Shown piece by piece: positions 19,657 to 29,847 of a DNA stretch of 64,000 nucleotides (position 1 is its first letter; each line of letters opens with the position of its first letter). The stretch lies in the IMG/VR virus record IMGVR_UViG_3300018915_000002; one strand, given 5' to 3'. Both the position numbers and the translations under genes were made by a program. Source of the stretch: a virus. The notes beneath the pieces were generated by a model, which was not told the origin of the DNA, made no database searches, and was given only the letters and a program-made list of their open reading frames with translations.

Positions 19657-20096
19657 CCAATTACAACTTCGATTGCATCCTGTGCGGGCGGGATAGAAAA
19701 CCCAAAACCTATCTGGTTCTCGTCTACCTTAAAAATTTCACACTCAATCCTGTATCGGTGAGTTCCCACCAATTCCCACGCTGAGGCATCCACGTCAAGT
19801 GACTTTAACCCGTGGTTGACAATAATTTCTGTGTCCGTGCCATTGCCGATGCGTGTCCTAACTTTCCGAGGGGCGACAACCAGATTACCCGCGAACGGGA
19901 GGATGGCCTTGCTTCTTGCATCGAAGTAGTAGGGAACGATGCGATCGCTGCCTCGAACAAAAAAGACCCAACCGTCTCGCCTGAGGGCTTCACTGGTACT
20001 CAGTTCCGCAACGCTGGGCATCGTGTCATAGACTTCCCAGCGGTGCTGATCAACTATATTGAAGCGAACTTCAAGCGTGTTGGAGTAGCGAGGCAT
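19653..20096 (-). CDS. Virion protein with HNLG-type module
   Basis: IGNGTDTEIIVNHGLKSLDV...DENQIGFGFS.PP...IEVVI. Confidence 0.55.
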   Translation of the reverse strand: MPRYSNTLEVRFNIVDQHRWEVYDTMPSVAELSTSEALRRDGWVFFVRGSDRIVPYYFDARSKAILPFAGNLVVAPRKVRTRIGNGTDTEIIVNHGLKSLDVDASAWELVGTHRYRIECEIFKVDENQIGFGFSIPPAQDAIEVVIG

Positions 20097-20100
20097 TGGT

Positions 20101-20114
20101 CACGGAACTCCGTG
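20101..20114. repeat. CACGG-N4-CCGTG palindrome #6
   Basis: CACGGAACTCCGTG, 4 bp from an ATG. Confidence 0.9.
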
Positions 20115-20221
20115 GTAGAGCAAAAGCCCTCCGAGTGAATTAAATCACCCGGAGGGCTTTGTGTGTTGTCTAGGGTATTTTACCTTATGAAGGGCAAAGT
20201 TAAGTCAAGCTTGACGGAAAA

Positions 20222-20875
20222 CTAAAGGCTCCAAGGCTCTATATTGTCTTCTACTGTTTCTGTCTTTCCACTTTCAAAAGTATATTTCAGTAACACAAAA
20301 GACCAGCCCGACTCTTGATTAATAAAGTTTTTCTTTCTTCTCATCAAATCTCGCGCTCCTTCTAAAGATTGGGCTGCTCCGATAAAATCGGTAGAATGCC
20401 CTTCCCATACACCTGAGTGTATGGTTAATGTTTCTTCCACTAATTCTTCTTGAGATAAGACGATATAGATCTCTTGGGATGCTATTTGAATCTCGCTGAT
20501 GGCTTTACTTTCTTCTTCGTCAGGAATGGTTAGTTCTTCCATCACTTCTGGTCTATTCTTTTTCAACCAGTCTAGAGCGTGTTTTCCATCTACATAACAC
20601 TCTAATCCACACTCATCTTTTTTAGCGTGAACGTAGTCAAATAGCGGCTTGAGTACGCCATCTTCGTAGTGAAAAGCAACATAATCACCTGGATAATTGC
20701 CACCCCAATCATAATTTATTAATGCTTGCAATTCTTCGGTGTCAGCCACCCTCATAAAGTCCACTGCGTCAAAGTTTATCTCTATGACGTGATCGTCCGA
20801 ATGCGCTTCAGCAGGTATCAGGAAGTTTGTTTTTTCTTTGCCTTCGGAAGCTACTATTCCTAATTGTTCGTTCAT
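20222..20875 (-). CDS. Acidic hypothetical accessory protein
   Basis: TGTTACAAT promoter (20922-20930, minus strand), AAGGCAAAGCCATG leader, own terminator. Confidence 0.65.
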   Translation of the reverse strand: MNEQLGIVASEGKEKTNFLIPAEAHSDDHVIEINFDAVDFMRVADTEELQALINYDWGGNYPGDYVAFHYEDGVLKPLFDYVHAKKDECGLECYVDGKHALDWLKKNRPEVMEELTIPDEEESKAISEIQIASQEIYIVLSQEELVEETLTIHSGVWEGHSTDFIGAAQSLEGARDLMRRKKNFINQESGWSFVLLKYTFESGKTETVEDNIEPWSL

Positions 20876-20945
20876 GGCTTTGCCTTAAATCAACTAAGAC
20901 ACTAATTGCGTCTGTAATCTTATTGTAACAAATTACCATAGAAAT

Positions 20946-23900
20946 TTAGTTGCAAAACACGCGACCAATGGTTGGTTCAGTGAACGAAATAACAATCGTA
21001 TTCCTGTCGATATATCTCACATCCCCATAGGATTTATTCCCTTCTCCATCCACCGTATCCACATAAGTCACAGACGGATACTTGCCCAAATTATGATCAA
21101 TTCGCACCTCTAGGCTTAGTGTCTCAATGGTATGGGGGAAGTGCTTATCCCCTCCTTTGTCGCGAATCAAGTCACGTAGCGATCGCAGGATTTCGGTCAG
21201 GCTTTCAGGATCAACAGCAGGTTCAGAGGGTAGAGTTGTAATCACGGGTGTTGTTGGGATTAATCCAGACGTAGTGGGTAAGCCAGCCAGTTGCAGTAGC
21301 TCAGTCGTTAGATTTGGCAGAATTTCTTCTAGTAATACCTCCTCTTGTGGTGAACCTGCACCACTGGGTAACCTGAAGGGTACGTCAAAGACAAAGCCAA
21401 TTCGTGCTTCATCGGGTGCATTCAGCTTGTAGTAGTAGTTCTGGTGCTGAATCAGTTTACCTGCAAGGGATAGTGATGCCGACTGGATGTAGGTGTCTTC
21501 CTTGGGTTGAAAGACAAACTCCAGGTACAAGTCCGTCATCTTCTCCTCGAACGAGAAGATCTGCGATCGCCTGACATCCTTCCCGACTGGAATCTTTTGC
21601 CCTTGCTTCTTCCAGAACATCGTTACAGGCTGCAAGATGTAATATTCCTCGGTAGTTTCTACCAAGAGCTTCCATTGCTCTCCATCGCTTGCTTGGGCAA
21701 GTAGCGGGTAGGCATCAAAGATTGAGAAATCCCCTTCCTGTATCTCTAGCTTGTACTGATTAACGTTTGTTGGGGTTAGACTGCTCCACCCTCCGAATAC
21801 ATTACAGAGATATCCGTCAATTTCAGGTGTAGCAGACAGTGTCTCTACGGCGTTCCATTCCGATGTGTTGATACTGAGTGTCTCTATGGGGACAGCGACT
21901 TCTGTGATATCACCATCAAAACCAGAATCGTAGTAGTAAGGGTAGTTTTCGTAGCCATCGTTATAGGTAGCAACAAGAATGGGTTCTTCCAGCCCCATTT
22001 GAATGCGTGTCGTGGGGCTGATCCACACTCGTGGTGGATCATCCACTCCCGCACTTAGCGTTTCTCCCGTTAGCGTTGGCTCAGGATCGAACTCATTGAC
22101 TCCAAAATTGGCATCATCAAAGCCCTCGGTAATAGGATAGTTGCCCTGAGTCCTCGCCCTCTCAAACCCTTCAATGCTTCCAGCCTCAAAATCGATTGTG
22201 TCTGTTGCAGGACTAGATATTTCCTCTACTGGCTGAGTGACCGGTCTACTCACTGGAATACTAGGAGTAATAGGAGATGGCGAGAGGTCTTGGGTAATGG
22301 ACGCATTCTCAAAGCCATTTAGAACAGGGTAGTTTCCCTGAACTTGTCCTCGTTCAAATTCAAGTAGGGGAACGCTTTGTTCCTCTTCTGTTTCTGTGAT
22401 CACAGCCGCACTCTGGAAGTCACTAGAAGACAAGATAGGTGTAACTGGACTTTCTACTACAGCTTCGGCTACTTGAATTTGTTCAGGTCGGAAGACGGTC
22501 GCTGGTTTAAATCCAGGAACAGGAACACTTTGCTCCGCATATCCAGACTCAAAGTTTGGTTCCGAGACATCTGTGGATTCTGATCTGAGGAAGCTTGCTT
22601 CTATCCAGTCCCCTTCCGGCACCTCTTCTGCTGAAGCATCATAGAATCCCCCTGCATTAGGTCGTGGGATATAAATAGTCAGCGTTTCTTGGTATGTCTC
22701 TTCACTAGAAGTTACCTTTGGTGCGCCTTCTTCTTCATAAGGGACAAGTAACTGATTAGTTACAGAAGCAAGCGATCGTCCTAATGAGATGGTTAAGGTA
22801 TCGGGACTGGAATCAAACTTAATTGGAATCCCTTCCAAACACCCTGTCCCTGGATGCTGCACCGTAATCGTCTCAGTAATTGTCCGTTCCTCCCAAGGTG
22901 AATACCAATAGGTTGGGGCAATTTCCGTATAGTAAGGGAGATCTTTCGTACTGATACTGAGTGTCTCCCCTTTTAAAGTGGGAACTGGTTCTAGGTTTAC
23001 AGTTATTGAGAGGGATTCATGGTTTGCCCTCTCCCCAATTACCGTACCCCACGGCTGCCCGTCCCACCATTCTGGGTCCCACATCCCCCATTCAATTTGG
23101 GATTTTACGGTTTCTATAGATGTGTAGGGATCTGCAACATCAAAAGACCATAGAGTTCCGGCGTAAGCCCAGGTATTGGCAGGCAAATGCCAATCCTCCG
23201 TCGCCATGAGCTGACCCCATTGCATTCCATCAAACTCAAACTCGGTTACTGTCTGCTCTTCAACTGAGCGAGGAGTTTGGATTAGTGGTTGAATTGCAGG
23301 TTGCCGAATGCCTTGGAGCCAGCCAAATACAGTGGCAGTTGTTGTGATTGGGAGGATTTCTAAATTAAGGTCGAAAATGTCTGGGAATATTCGATTCCAC
23401 TCCGATTCCTGGAGGTAGAAGTGCATCCAGAGTTCGCGATCGCCCATCCGTGAGCGATCTAGATAGATATCTGGCGGCTCTACATAGTTGAGTGTTTGAA
23501 TGATTTCCCCGTCTTCAACCCTATCCTGCCAAGGCTCTCCAGGGGTGAGGCTACCTTCGTCCCCTGGTTCCACTAGCCCTCCCCACTCCCAAGCCCAATC
23601 CGCCTGGAGCGTAAAGTAGTCAGGTCGGTGGTGATTTCCCCAGTAGTTCCCCCACCCCAGTCGTTGTTTCTCTGGAAAGGTTTGATTTAGCGAAACATCA
23701 TACGGGGTATTCCAACCGTGCCAATTGGGTGGCTCGTCGGTTGGAGTTGTCCCAAACGGGAGGTTGAGCAGTAAGCGTTTTTTATCCTCGAAGCGCAACC
23801 ACATTGCGATCGCTTCTCGAATTCCCGCCTCACTTCCCTTGATTTGCCAGTATTTCCACGCCCGTTTAATTACATCAATTTTGGTAGCAATTGACCAAGT

Positions 23901-24155
23901 GGGTTTAAGTCCAACTCCGAGCCAATGACCGTCGAGAATTCCTAGTCCGACGAACTGCCCTAACCAGTCTAGATGCCCCCAACTCGCAGGATGATCCGGA
24001 TCGTAGAAGTACTCCTGAAGCCGAATCTTGGAATAGATCTCATCTAGTTCTGGTTGGATGCCCCAGTCGCAAATATGCCGCAGCAATCCACGTTCCTCGT
24101 CCACCATCCGGGCGTAGATGGGGAGCATGTCATAGAGTCGTCGGGAATAGGACAT
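20946..24155 (-). CDS. Baseplate wedge/tail protein (P2 gpI-like N-terminus), greatly extended
   Basis: LYDMLPIYAR.VD...HLDWLGQFVG...IKRAWKYWQIKGSEAGIREAI; acidic Pro/Thr-rich middle; C-terminal DHNLGKYPSV module. Confidence 0.7.
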   Translation of the reverse strand: MSYSRRLYDMLPIYARMVDEERGLLRHICDWGIQPELDEIYSKIRLQEYFYDPDHPASWGHLDWLGQFVGLGILDGHWLGVGLKPTWSIATKIDVIKRAWKYWQIKGSEAGIREAIAMWLRFEDKKRLLLNLPFGTTPTDEPPNWHGWNTPYDVSLNQTFPEKQRLGWGNYWGNHHRPDYFTLQADWAWEWGGLVEPGDEGSLTPGEPWQDRVEDGEIIQTLNYVEPPDIYLDRSRMGDRELWMHFYLQESEWNRIFPDIFDLNLEILPITTTATVFGWLQGIRQPAIQPLIQTPRSVEEQTVTEFEFDGMQWGQLMATEDWHLPANTWAYAGTLWSFDVADPYTSIETVKSQIEWGMWDPEWWDGQPWGTVIGERANHESLSITVNLEPVPTLKGETLSISTKDLPYYTEIAPTYWYSPWEERTITETITVQHPGTGCLEGIPIKFDSSPDTLTISLGRSLASVTNQLLVPYEEEGAPKVTSSEETYQETLTIYIPRPNAGGFYDASAEEVPEGDWIEASFLRSESTDVSEPNFESGYAEQSVPVPGFKPATVFRPEQIQVAEAVVESPVTPILSSSDFQSAAVITETEEEQSVPLLEFERGQVQGNYPVLNGFENASITQDLSPSPITPSIPVSRPVTQPVEEISSPATDTIDFEAGSIEGFERARTQGNYPITEGFDDANFGVNEFDPEPTLTGETLSAGVDDPPRVWISPTTRIQMGLEEPILVATYNDGYENYPYYYDSGFDGDITEVAVPIETLSINTSEWNAVETLSATPEIDGYLCNVFGGWSSLTPTNVNQYKLEIQEGDFSIFDAYPLLAQASDGEQWKLLVETTEEYYILQPVTMFWKKQGQKIPVGKDVRRSQIFSFEEKMTDLYLEFVFQPKEDTYIQSASLSLAGKLIQHQNYYYKLNAPDEARIGFVFDVPFRLPSGAGSPQEEVLLEEILPNLTTELLQLAGLPTTSGLIPTTPVITTLPSEPAVDPESLTEILRSLRDLIRDKGGDKHFPHTIETLSLEVRIDHNLGKYPSVTYVDTVDGEGNKSYGDVRYIDRNTIVISFTEPTIGRVFCN

Positions 24156-24210
24156 TAAACTAATTCGATTGCTACAATCGGTCTATCGTTTACTGGGAAG
24201 AAGTTGCCTC

Positions 24211-24564
24211 ATGACAAAGACAGTGGCAGTTTTTGCTTTCAAGGTTTGTGTTAAGTCAAATTTTCCTGAAAGGCTTGTCCCTCTGATCACAACAGCACTG
24301 CGTGGGGGTGAATCAATAACGTTTGTTGAGGTCGAAAACCTTTGTTTAGTGGCAAGAGGTCGCTTCATGACAGAGGTAGTGACGGCTTTTGTTTTCAAAG
24401 TCTGTGTTGAGTCTATTTCTCCCCAGCAAGTTGTCTCACATATTGCAGCAAGGCTACGAGATATTGAGTCGGTGACGTTTGTTGAGGTCGAAGAATTTCA
24501 AGAGCGGACAGGATTAATTTACTCTCAAACGGACAACGACATTAGCTACCACGGAACTCCGTGA
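24211..24564 (+). CDS. Hypothetical protein made of an internal tandem duplication
   Basis: Two copies of MT..V..F.FKVCV.S..P...V..I...LR..ES.TFVEVE. Confidence 0.55.
   Translation: MTKTVAVFAFKVCVKSNFPERLVPLITTALRGGESITFVEVENLCLVARGRFMTEVVTAFVFKVCVESISPQQVVSHIAARLRDIESVTFVEVEEFQERTGLIYSQTDNDISYHGTP
24550..24563. repeat. CACGG-N4-CCGTG palindrome #7
   Basis: CACGGAACTCCGTG at a convergent junction. Confidence 0.9.
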
Positions 24565-24565
24565 T

Positions 24566-24862
24566 CTAGTCGCTGATCTTCCAAAAGATTCGATTAAGGC
24601 TATTGGCAACGCGAACAGCTACGAATAAAGAGTTGAAGTACCCGTAAGGGAATTTGATTACTTTTCCGTTATGGTTTTCTTCCATGATTAATACCTCTAA
24701 TACTAGGAGTATGGCTCTTTTGTGGATTTCCACACTAAAATTCATGCGCTGAACTATTTTCTTTTCTAGTGTTTGACTTAAAATATCGAATGGGCAATGC
24801 TCCGGATGTTTAGCTACACCCAATTCAATTAATAAATCAATAAACGTTTTCTGCTTTTCCAT
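24566..24862 (-). CDS. Hypothetical protein
   Basis: ORF track. Confidence 0.5.
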   Translation of the reverse strand: MEKQKTFIDLLIELGVAKHPEHCPFDILSQTLEKKIVQRMNFSVEIHKRAILLVLEVLIMEENHNGKVIKFPYGYFNSLFVAVRVANSLNRIFWKISD

Positions 24863-24942
24863 AAGACACTCTAACTAAAAAAAACCACTGAGGAATGCCC
24901 CTCAATGGGTTTTATTGGTTGTAGTAAAAAAGCGATGACTTC

Positions 24943-25143
24943 TTAGTCTGGGATTTCGCTTGCGTTGATCAACGCAAGTAGAAACTCAACGTCAGCAAAT
25001 AGGCGACCTGGATCGCGATCGCCTTCTTCTGGCTCTCCGTTATTAATTCTCGCGGCTCGTTTTTTAACCGACGAGAGTTGTGATTTCTCATTGACTGTTA
25101 GAAATCGCCTCTGTATTGCGATCGGGGTTACTGTATTTTTCAT
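24943..25143 (-). CDS. Hypothetical protein
   Basis: Coupled to the upstream gene; hairpin downstream. Confidence 0.55.
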   Translation of the reverse strand: MKNTVTPIAIQRRFLTVNEKSQLSSVKKRAARINNGEPEEGDRDPGRLFADVEFLLALINASEIPD

Positions 25144-25145
25144 GT

Positions 25146-25982
25146 CTATAATAAATCCGACAATTTGTCGGTCATTGAATTCAATAATCCATCAGTTCGT
25201 TGTGCTATATCATCGCCAAAGCCATTAGGAGGCAAAGTTATTGATCTTGAGAAGTGAGGTGGCGAGTTCTGCTGCTTTATCTCTGTGGTATTCAGGAACG
25301 CCGCAAGTTCCTCTTCGTCAAAGAACAAACGAAAAGGAGCGTCATGCGGAACCTCTCCGGGCATTGACAGACAATCTCGCTGATAAAATCTCAGCCCAAG
25401 TATTTCGACTGCTTCTATTCCTCCTGGATGCCTCTCGTCAAGAAGTCGATAGAAAATTGGCAAACAAGCAACCGCGATGGGAGGCATATTTAGTGATGCT
25501 AATTCTTGGCGGAGATCGTTGGCTAAATCATCAAGCATCCCTTGAGATTTTGAATCAATAAATGGTTGATCGGGACTTTCAATCGCTGTAGGGATGTAGC
25601 TAAACTGAATTTGCTTTTTCCCTTCCACTATTTCATTAATTAATGAATCTCTATCGCTGCCGGTTGCCTCAAGATCGGCGCGTCTTTCTATTGCTCTCTC
25701 CTCTGGCTCTCCCTGTCGATGCCAAACAAACCCTGTGCCTTCCACTTGTTCAGCCTCAACCGGATCGAGGTGACCAGGGACAGGAGTCGCTGGAGTGAAC
25801 ACAGAGACCGTTGTTCCTAGGGGAAGTGATTCCAATGGTGTTGCTACCTTTGTCAGAGGGAAAACAAGATCTCTATTTACCCACTTGCGCCCGTCAGGAA
25901 AGTCAAGAAGAATTCGATTAGCTCCCAATGGATCACTCTGGAATGTATCTTCTACGATTTGGGCGAGTTCATAGCTGCTCAT
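25146..25982 (-). CDS. Hypothetical protein
   Basis: 278-aa ORF in the minus-strand run. Confidence 0.6.
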   Translation of the reverse strand: MSSYELAQIVEDTFQSDPLGANRILLDFPDGRKWVNRDLVFPLTKVATPLESLPLGTTVSVFTPATPVPGHLDPVEAEQVEGTGFVWHRQGEPEERAIERRADLEATGSDRDSLINEIVEGKKQIQFSYIPTAIESPDQPFIDSKSQGMLDDLANDLRQELASLNMPPIAVACLPIFYRLLDERHPGGIEAVEILGLRFYQRDCLSMPGEVPHDAPFRLFFDEEELAAFLNTTEIKQQNSPPHFSRSITLPPNGFGDDIAQRTDGLLNSMTDKLSDLL

Positions 25983-26134
25983 ATTGCCCTCGTTCCACCT
26001 CTTTTAACGTATTTAACTTGATCTAATTGGCTAGCCCAAAAAGCATTTAAAATCTCGCTGAAGTAGTGTCCGTAAAAGACGAGCCAAAATCTATTCCGAA
26101 ACGAGAATGACTTTTTTTCTTGATCGTTAATCAT
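25979..26134 (-). CDS. Small hypothetical protein (51 aa, MINDQEKKSFSFRNRFW...)
   Basis: Translated by hand; ATGA overlap with the start at 25982. Confidence 0.5.
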   Translation of the reverse strand: MINDQEKKSFSFRNRFWLVFYGHYFSEILNAFWASQLDQVKYVKRGGTRAI

Positions 26135-26158
26135 CAATAACAACTTGTTGTTTGACGA

Positions 26159-26542
26159 TTATTGTAACAGTTCTTGAGGCTCCATCTCTCTGATATCTTT
26201 TAGCTTGAAAGGGCAATCTGGGGCTAATCGAATGCCATTCTCATACATGATGGCAACCCACAACGTCCAAGTTGCCGCATTAACTCCTATGCTGATGCGA
26301 GGATAGTGAAAATCCCTGAATGTCCAGTCGTGGTTTTTGTCCTTCTTCAGGGTCTCAATCATGCCATCCATAGCCCCTTGCCACTGCGGATAATACAGAG
26401 ATAGCCTCTTTTGCATCCATTCGTTTACCTGAGGGGATTTTAGCCACGCTGTGATTTCTTCGTCTGTGGGTATAGGTTCGTACTGACTCAGTACAGGCTC
26501 GTGCTGAGTGAAGACAGGCTGACCTAAAAGTGTCTCATTCAC
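26159..26542 (-). CDS. Hypothetical protein
   Basis: Coupled ORF. Confidence 0.55.
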   Translation of the reverse strand: MNETLLGQPVFTQHEPVLSQYEPIPTDEEITAWLKSPQVNEWMQKRLSLYYPQWQGAMDGMIETLKKDKNHDWTFRDFHYPRISIGVNAATWTLWVAIMYENGIRLAPDCPFKLKDIREMEPQELLQ

Positions 26543-27120
26543 TGATCGCCCCCCCGATGAACTACATCTCTTTGACGAATGATATATCTACAGACTAGAT
26601 CTAGGTAGTTTAGTTTGTCTTGCTGGGTTGGGCATTCGAGCATTTCTTGATGAGGGATCGAGAAGTTTATGAATACTGGAAACCGATTAGACTCGCTTCG
26701 AGCAAACGCCACTGAGAAATTCATATCTTCTAATCCATCCTCAATGCAACTTGCGCCAACAAGGAAACCATTTGCTTCTAAAAGAGTCTCCAGTGTTGAT
26801 GTGATAAAGGTTACTTGTGCCTGCTTCTGTTTGTTTGGGGGGCAATACTTCGTCCAAGGCTTGGGTTTGACTTTGAATTCAAGCACGAGTGAACGGTCAT
26901 CCTGGTTGATAGGTATCCAGTTAAAAAAGCCAAACGGCTCCCTCCTTATCTGAAGTCGGCGAACTTCGCAAGATACTTCATTAGAGCAGGGTTCTCCCAC
27001 CCTCGTTAAAGGTTTTTGAGGATAAGAGATTATTTGCTTTCGATGAGGCGACAAATCCAAAGCTTCACTGTAGGTAAGGAAGTCCCACTGGCAAATCTCA
27101 ATTATCCTGCTGCGTTCCAT
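26539..27120 (-). CDS. Hypothetical protein
   Basis: Coupled ORF. Confidence 0.55.
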   Translation of the reverse strand: MERSRIIEICQWDFLTYSEALDLSPHRKQIISYPQKPLTRVGEPCSNEVSCEVRRLQIRREPFGFFNWIPINQDDRSLVLEFKVKPKPWTKYCPPNKQKQAQVTFITSTLETLLEANGFLVGASCIEDGLEDMNFSVAFARSESNRFPVFINFSIPHQEMLECPTQQDKLNYLDLVCRYIIRQRDVVHRGGDQ

Positions 27121-27147
27121 GCTCTGTAAAGGCTATTTGTGTGTAAT

Positions 27148-27564
27148 TCAAGGACTTGCGAACATATCTCGATCAATCGTGAGGCTCAGCCATCGAAATG
27201 GTCGATTGAAGGTCGCCACACAGCAAATCATACCCTCCTCTTCTACTCGCTGAACCTCCCATTTGATTGACCACCTTTCCACCCAAGCGCAGTCTGGAAT
27301 ATTGTCAGAAAGTTGAATGCCCATAGCTCTTAACTCTCCAGCTTCTATACATAGCGCTGGATCGTATTCCTCTAATTCAATCTTTTGAATGCTTTCTTGT
27401 AGAACAGCTTGTAAGTTGCGGATAAGAAGACTGCTTGTGACAGGTTGCCCTTCTTTTCGTAGCATCCCTTGCAATTGTTGAGCGGCAATTGCCTTGAATC
27501 GCTCTACCTGTTCATCTATTTGAGTTTCGCTCAAACGTACCCCTGGATTATTAATGTCGTTCAT
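27148..27564 (-). CDS. Hypothetical protein
   Basis: Coupled ORF. Confidence 0.55.
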   Translation of the reverse strand: MNDINNPGVRLSETQIDEQVERFKAIAAQQLQGMLRKEGQPVTSSLLIRNLQAVLQESIQKIELEEYDPALCIEAGELRAMGIQLSDNIPDCAWVERWSIKWEVQRVEEEGMICCVATFNRPFRWLSLTIDRDMFASP

Positions 27565-29810
27565 GGCTCAAAAATATCGATCGCACTTTCTTTACTTGCA
27601 TCCAATGCTACATCTTCCCCAACCGCACCACGACAATTGTGAGTGATGACAAGCAATCGCGTAACATTCCCTTTCTTCACGGCAAATGCCACGAACACTT
27701 GATATGGACTACGAGATGCTAATACTGGAGCGCGGAATCCTAGCGGATGCCCGTGGGAATAGAGGGCAACATTAAGCGATCGCTCTCTTGTTCCAGAAAC
27801 TGGCCTTGCCTCTAGCACCTGCCCAGGACTGGGGAATGCCAAATTCCGGGCTGCCAGCAATGGAACATCGCCACGAAAAGTGATGGGACCATTGTAAGCT
27901 TCTCCCGGTAGTTGGATGGGAGCATTGAATTCATAGGATTGGGTATTTGAGTCTACACGGGGAAGATGAGCCGCAACACAGCTTGCTCGTAGGGCGGAAT
28001 CAGCCACATGAACAGAGAGTCCTCCCCCTTGCGTATGGAGAAATTGCTGGACAGGGGAGACAATTGTTGCCCCGTTAAGGAAGGTTGGATCAGATGCGCC
28101 AACTCCTTGGTATTCGGCGTATTTTAACTGTAGCTGCCATGTTTCCTGACTTCTTGGCGGATAGTAAACCAACGCTTGCACTGTTTTACCTGCGGGGACT
28201 CCTTTGTAGACTGGGGCATCAATTGGGATTGACTTGCCTGCTGCATCGAGTCGTGTAACTCCTTGGATATAGGCAAAGCAACCGCGCTCCGACAAAGGAA
28301 TCGTGACCACCCCATTCGGGTCAGCCGTCACGTTGACGAGCTTATATATATAGTGAAGTGCCATCCGCTCACTGCCATAAACGACAAGGTACGGCTCTCC
28401 CTTTGCCGGTGCTTCAAAGGCATTAGGATCGTTGATCATCCCAAACCGGATGTTCTCTGGAGATAACGCCGCTGTCACACTACTCTGCCCGTACCAGGCT
28501 ACCTCTGCAAGGGAAAAAGGTACTGAGAACCCACTTCCACTGGGATAAATGATTGCTGGCACGAAGAATGCAGTAGAACCGGGACGAATTGAAGAGTTTT
28601 CTCCAGCAACCCACTGTAATGAGCCACTACCGCCCAAGTTGCTGAATGATCCTAATGACGATTGCTCTACTCCGTCGGTGGAGTAAATTCGGTGCTGGGT
28701 TCGATCAGCACTAAAAATCGAACCTAAGGGAGCGTTGGTATTTAAGCCAACGGCTAGGCGGGCTTTCCCAGAGCCATCATTACTCGCAACAACGATCTGT
28801 ACTCCTAATGTTTGGGTAATGTGCTCATTGGTAAAGCTGACCCTCTGGTCATTCCCCATACAGTAGCTTCCATTGGGTGAGGCTGCCGCCACCCCTGCCC
28901 GACCGGGATTTCCTCCAGCTTGCCCTGCGCTCAAGTTCAAGATAATCCGCTTATTCGTCTTCCCTCGTCCTGGGATTCCTGCACAAATTTCCCTGACCCT
29001 GCGCTCCACTTCTGCCCTTAAGTCCCCTGGCTTTGAAGAGGCAAGTGTCGCGATTAGGTCATTAGTTAGAGGTGCTTCTCCTCCAAACCCTTGAGTAAAG
29101 CCATCCTCAGAGAAATTCTGGATTCGTTTAATGGTGCAGATGGGCAAAACTTCAATTGATTCTGGTAACACGGTATATGCGAGTCCACTTGCCCAATTGG
29201 GATCTGCTGCCCAATACCGCAATCCAGGGGCAATGAGAAATCCTGTATCGAAATTGTTGACGATCGCAACTCGTCTATCTCCACTTGCCTCCAAGCTGGT
29301 GGAACCCAGGATATCCTCCGGTGTTAGTGGTTGTCCACTTAATGCCAACAGCCAGAACGAGCGATACTCTCTAGAGTTTTCTGTTCCTGGTGGTGCGATC
29401 GCTATCTGCCTCGTTTGTGGATCGCGATACCGAAAACTCTTTCCGATACTGGCATCCTGTGCCACGCCGACTTCCGCACCGATCACGACAAGGGATAGAT
29501 AGTCGTCCCTTTTGATAATTGCAGTCGGGTTGTCGAGAGGAGGAATGGAGATGGTGGCGTTAATAGGGATGGATTCAGTTGGGTGTGATCGTGCGATCGC
29601 ATTCCCCGTGATTTTCAACTTCCCTTCTACAACTTCTGCTTTTGGTTGTGTTTCCCACCCATTCTCCCGTGCCAACTGAAACATCCGAATAGTGGCACGG
29701 GAATTGAGGTCGAACTCCTCAGCCAAAGGGACTGAGGGCTTGGTGGGAGATGCTGGCGGGATTGGCTTGATCTGAAGCGTGTGGGACTTGAGAAGTAAGG
29801 GGTTAGGCAT
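27561..29810 (-). CDS. Large beta-rich probable virion (baseplate/tail) protein
   Basis: 749 aa, Gly/Ala/Pro-rich structural-protein composition; RDDYLSLVVIGAEV motif. Function is inferred. Confidence 0.45.
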   Translation of the reverse strand: MPNPLLLKSHTLQIKPIPPASPTKPSVPLAEEFDLNSRATIRMFQLARENGWETQPKAEVVEGKLKITGNAIARSHPTESIPINATISIPPLDNPTAIIKRDDYLSLVVIGAEVGVAQDASIGKSFRYRDPQTRQIAIAPPGTENSREYRSFWLLALSGQPLTPEDILGSTSLEASGDRRVAIVNNFDTGFLIAPGLRYWAADPNWASGLAYTVLPESIEVLPICTIKRIQNFSEDGFTQGFGGEAPLTNDLIATLASSKPGDLRAEVERRVREICAGIPGRGKTNKRIILNLSAGQAGGNPGRAGVAAASPNGSYCMGNDQRVSFTNEHITQTLGVQIVVASNDGSGKARLAVGLNTNAPLGSIFSADRTQHRIYSTDGVEQSSLGSFSNLGGSGSLQWVAGENSSIRPGSTAFFVPAIIYPSGSGFSVPFSLAEVAWYGQSSVTAALSPENIRFGMINDPNAFEAPAKGEPYLVVYGSERMALHYIYKLVNVTADPNGVVTIPLSERGCFAYIQGVTRLDAAGKSIPIDAPVYKGVPAGKTVQALVYYPPRSQETWQLQLKYAEYQGVGASDPTFLNGATIVSPVQQFLHTQGGGLSVHVADSALRASCVAAHLPRVDSNTQSYEFNAPIQLPGEAYNGPITFRGDVPLLAARNLAFPSPGQVLEARPVSGTRERSLNVALYSHGHPLGFRAPVLASRSPYQVFVAFAVKKGNVTRLLVITHNCRGAVGEDVALDASKESAIDIFEP

Positions 29811-29833
29811 TTTGAATAAGAGTGAATGAAGAC

Positions 29834-29847
29834 CACGGAACTCCGTG
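29834..29847. repeat. CACGG-N4-CCGTG palindrome #8
   Basis: CACGGAACTCCGTG. Confidence 0.9.
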
